Origin: Vezdaea acicularis
Taxonomy: Eukaryota
DNA: 48,066 nt
Assembly (NCBI GenBank): GCA_026025075.1
Contig: JAPEUI010000122.1
Location: 1 to 48,066 of the forward strand
Direction: 5' to 3'
The notes under the pieces were generated by a model. That model was not told the DNA's origin and made no database searches. It was given only the letters and a program-made list of their open reading frames with translations. Numbering within the stretch: position 1 is the stretch's first letter; each line of letters begins with the position of its first letter. Made by a program: the position numbers and the translations under genes. Shown piece by piece: positions 47,766-48,066 of the stretch.

Positions 47766-48065
47766 TCATCTGCCGTTAGAGTACACTCCGTCAATATCTG
47801 TCCCTCCAGACAACAAATCTTCGATACTTTTCTGTCTTCCCTCGCTAAATCCTATGCTGGATAGGTACTCCTCTATGGATATGTGCTTAGTCTCGATATG
47901 GCTCTGCATGCTCGCGACCCAATGTGGCGGCGTCCTAGTAAAGTCTTCCTGGAGCCCCACTTCTTGTAGCTCTCTTAGCCTAATATCCTCCATTGATTTA
48001 AGCTCTGACTCAGAGAGCAGATAGTCGTATTCAATTGCCTTGATAGGCACATGCAGGAGAAACAA
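47766..48065 (-). CDS. 3' end of a tyrosine/dual-specificity phosphatase family protein (Y_phosphatase3-like), partial
   Basis: LFLLHVPIKAIEYDYLLSE and KHISIEEYLSSIGFS match the post-catalytic I..DYLLS and G.xE.YL..IG segments of this family. The catalytic HCxxGxDR motif would lie beyond the window. Confidence 0.7.
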   Translation of the reverse strand: MFLLHVPIKAIEYDYLLSESELKSMEDIRLRELQEVGLQEDFTRTPPHWVASMQSHIETKHISIEEYLSSIGFSEGRQKSIEDLLSGGTDIDGVYSNGR

Positions 48066-48066
48066 G

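Overview
Gene-dense eukaryotic DNA from a filamentous ascomycete (Pezizomycotina-type): short ~50-60 nt GT..AG introns with CT(A/G)A(C/T)-type branch sites and mostly housekeeping genes. I hand-spliced about 24 gene models, several invisible or fragmented in the ORF track: LSB5, a COG0523 zinc metallochaperone, an inactive-looking alpha/beta hydrolase, a HOL1-like MFS transporter, a CFEM GPI protein, RRP9, PRE1, SAD1, a Cys-rich GPI protein, SFK1, IRC20, SHR3, palF/RIM8, MND1, a partial tyrosine phosphatase and several hypotheticals. I saw no tRNA, rRNA, CRISPR array or intact transposon. The best leads are: (1) a >1 kb ATG-depleted open frame that one intron joins in frame to a Ser/Pro-rich gene; (2) a His/Gly-repeat microprotein divergent from the zinc chaperone; (3) a hypothetical protein with an OB-fold-like C-terminus resembling SPATA22/RPA2; (4) a possible degenerate mitochondrial-carrier-fold protein; (5) clustered PacC sites upstream of palF; and (6) a fold-back C-rich/G-rich tract. 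Family calls come from motif recognition by eye. No database search was run.
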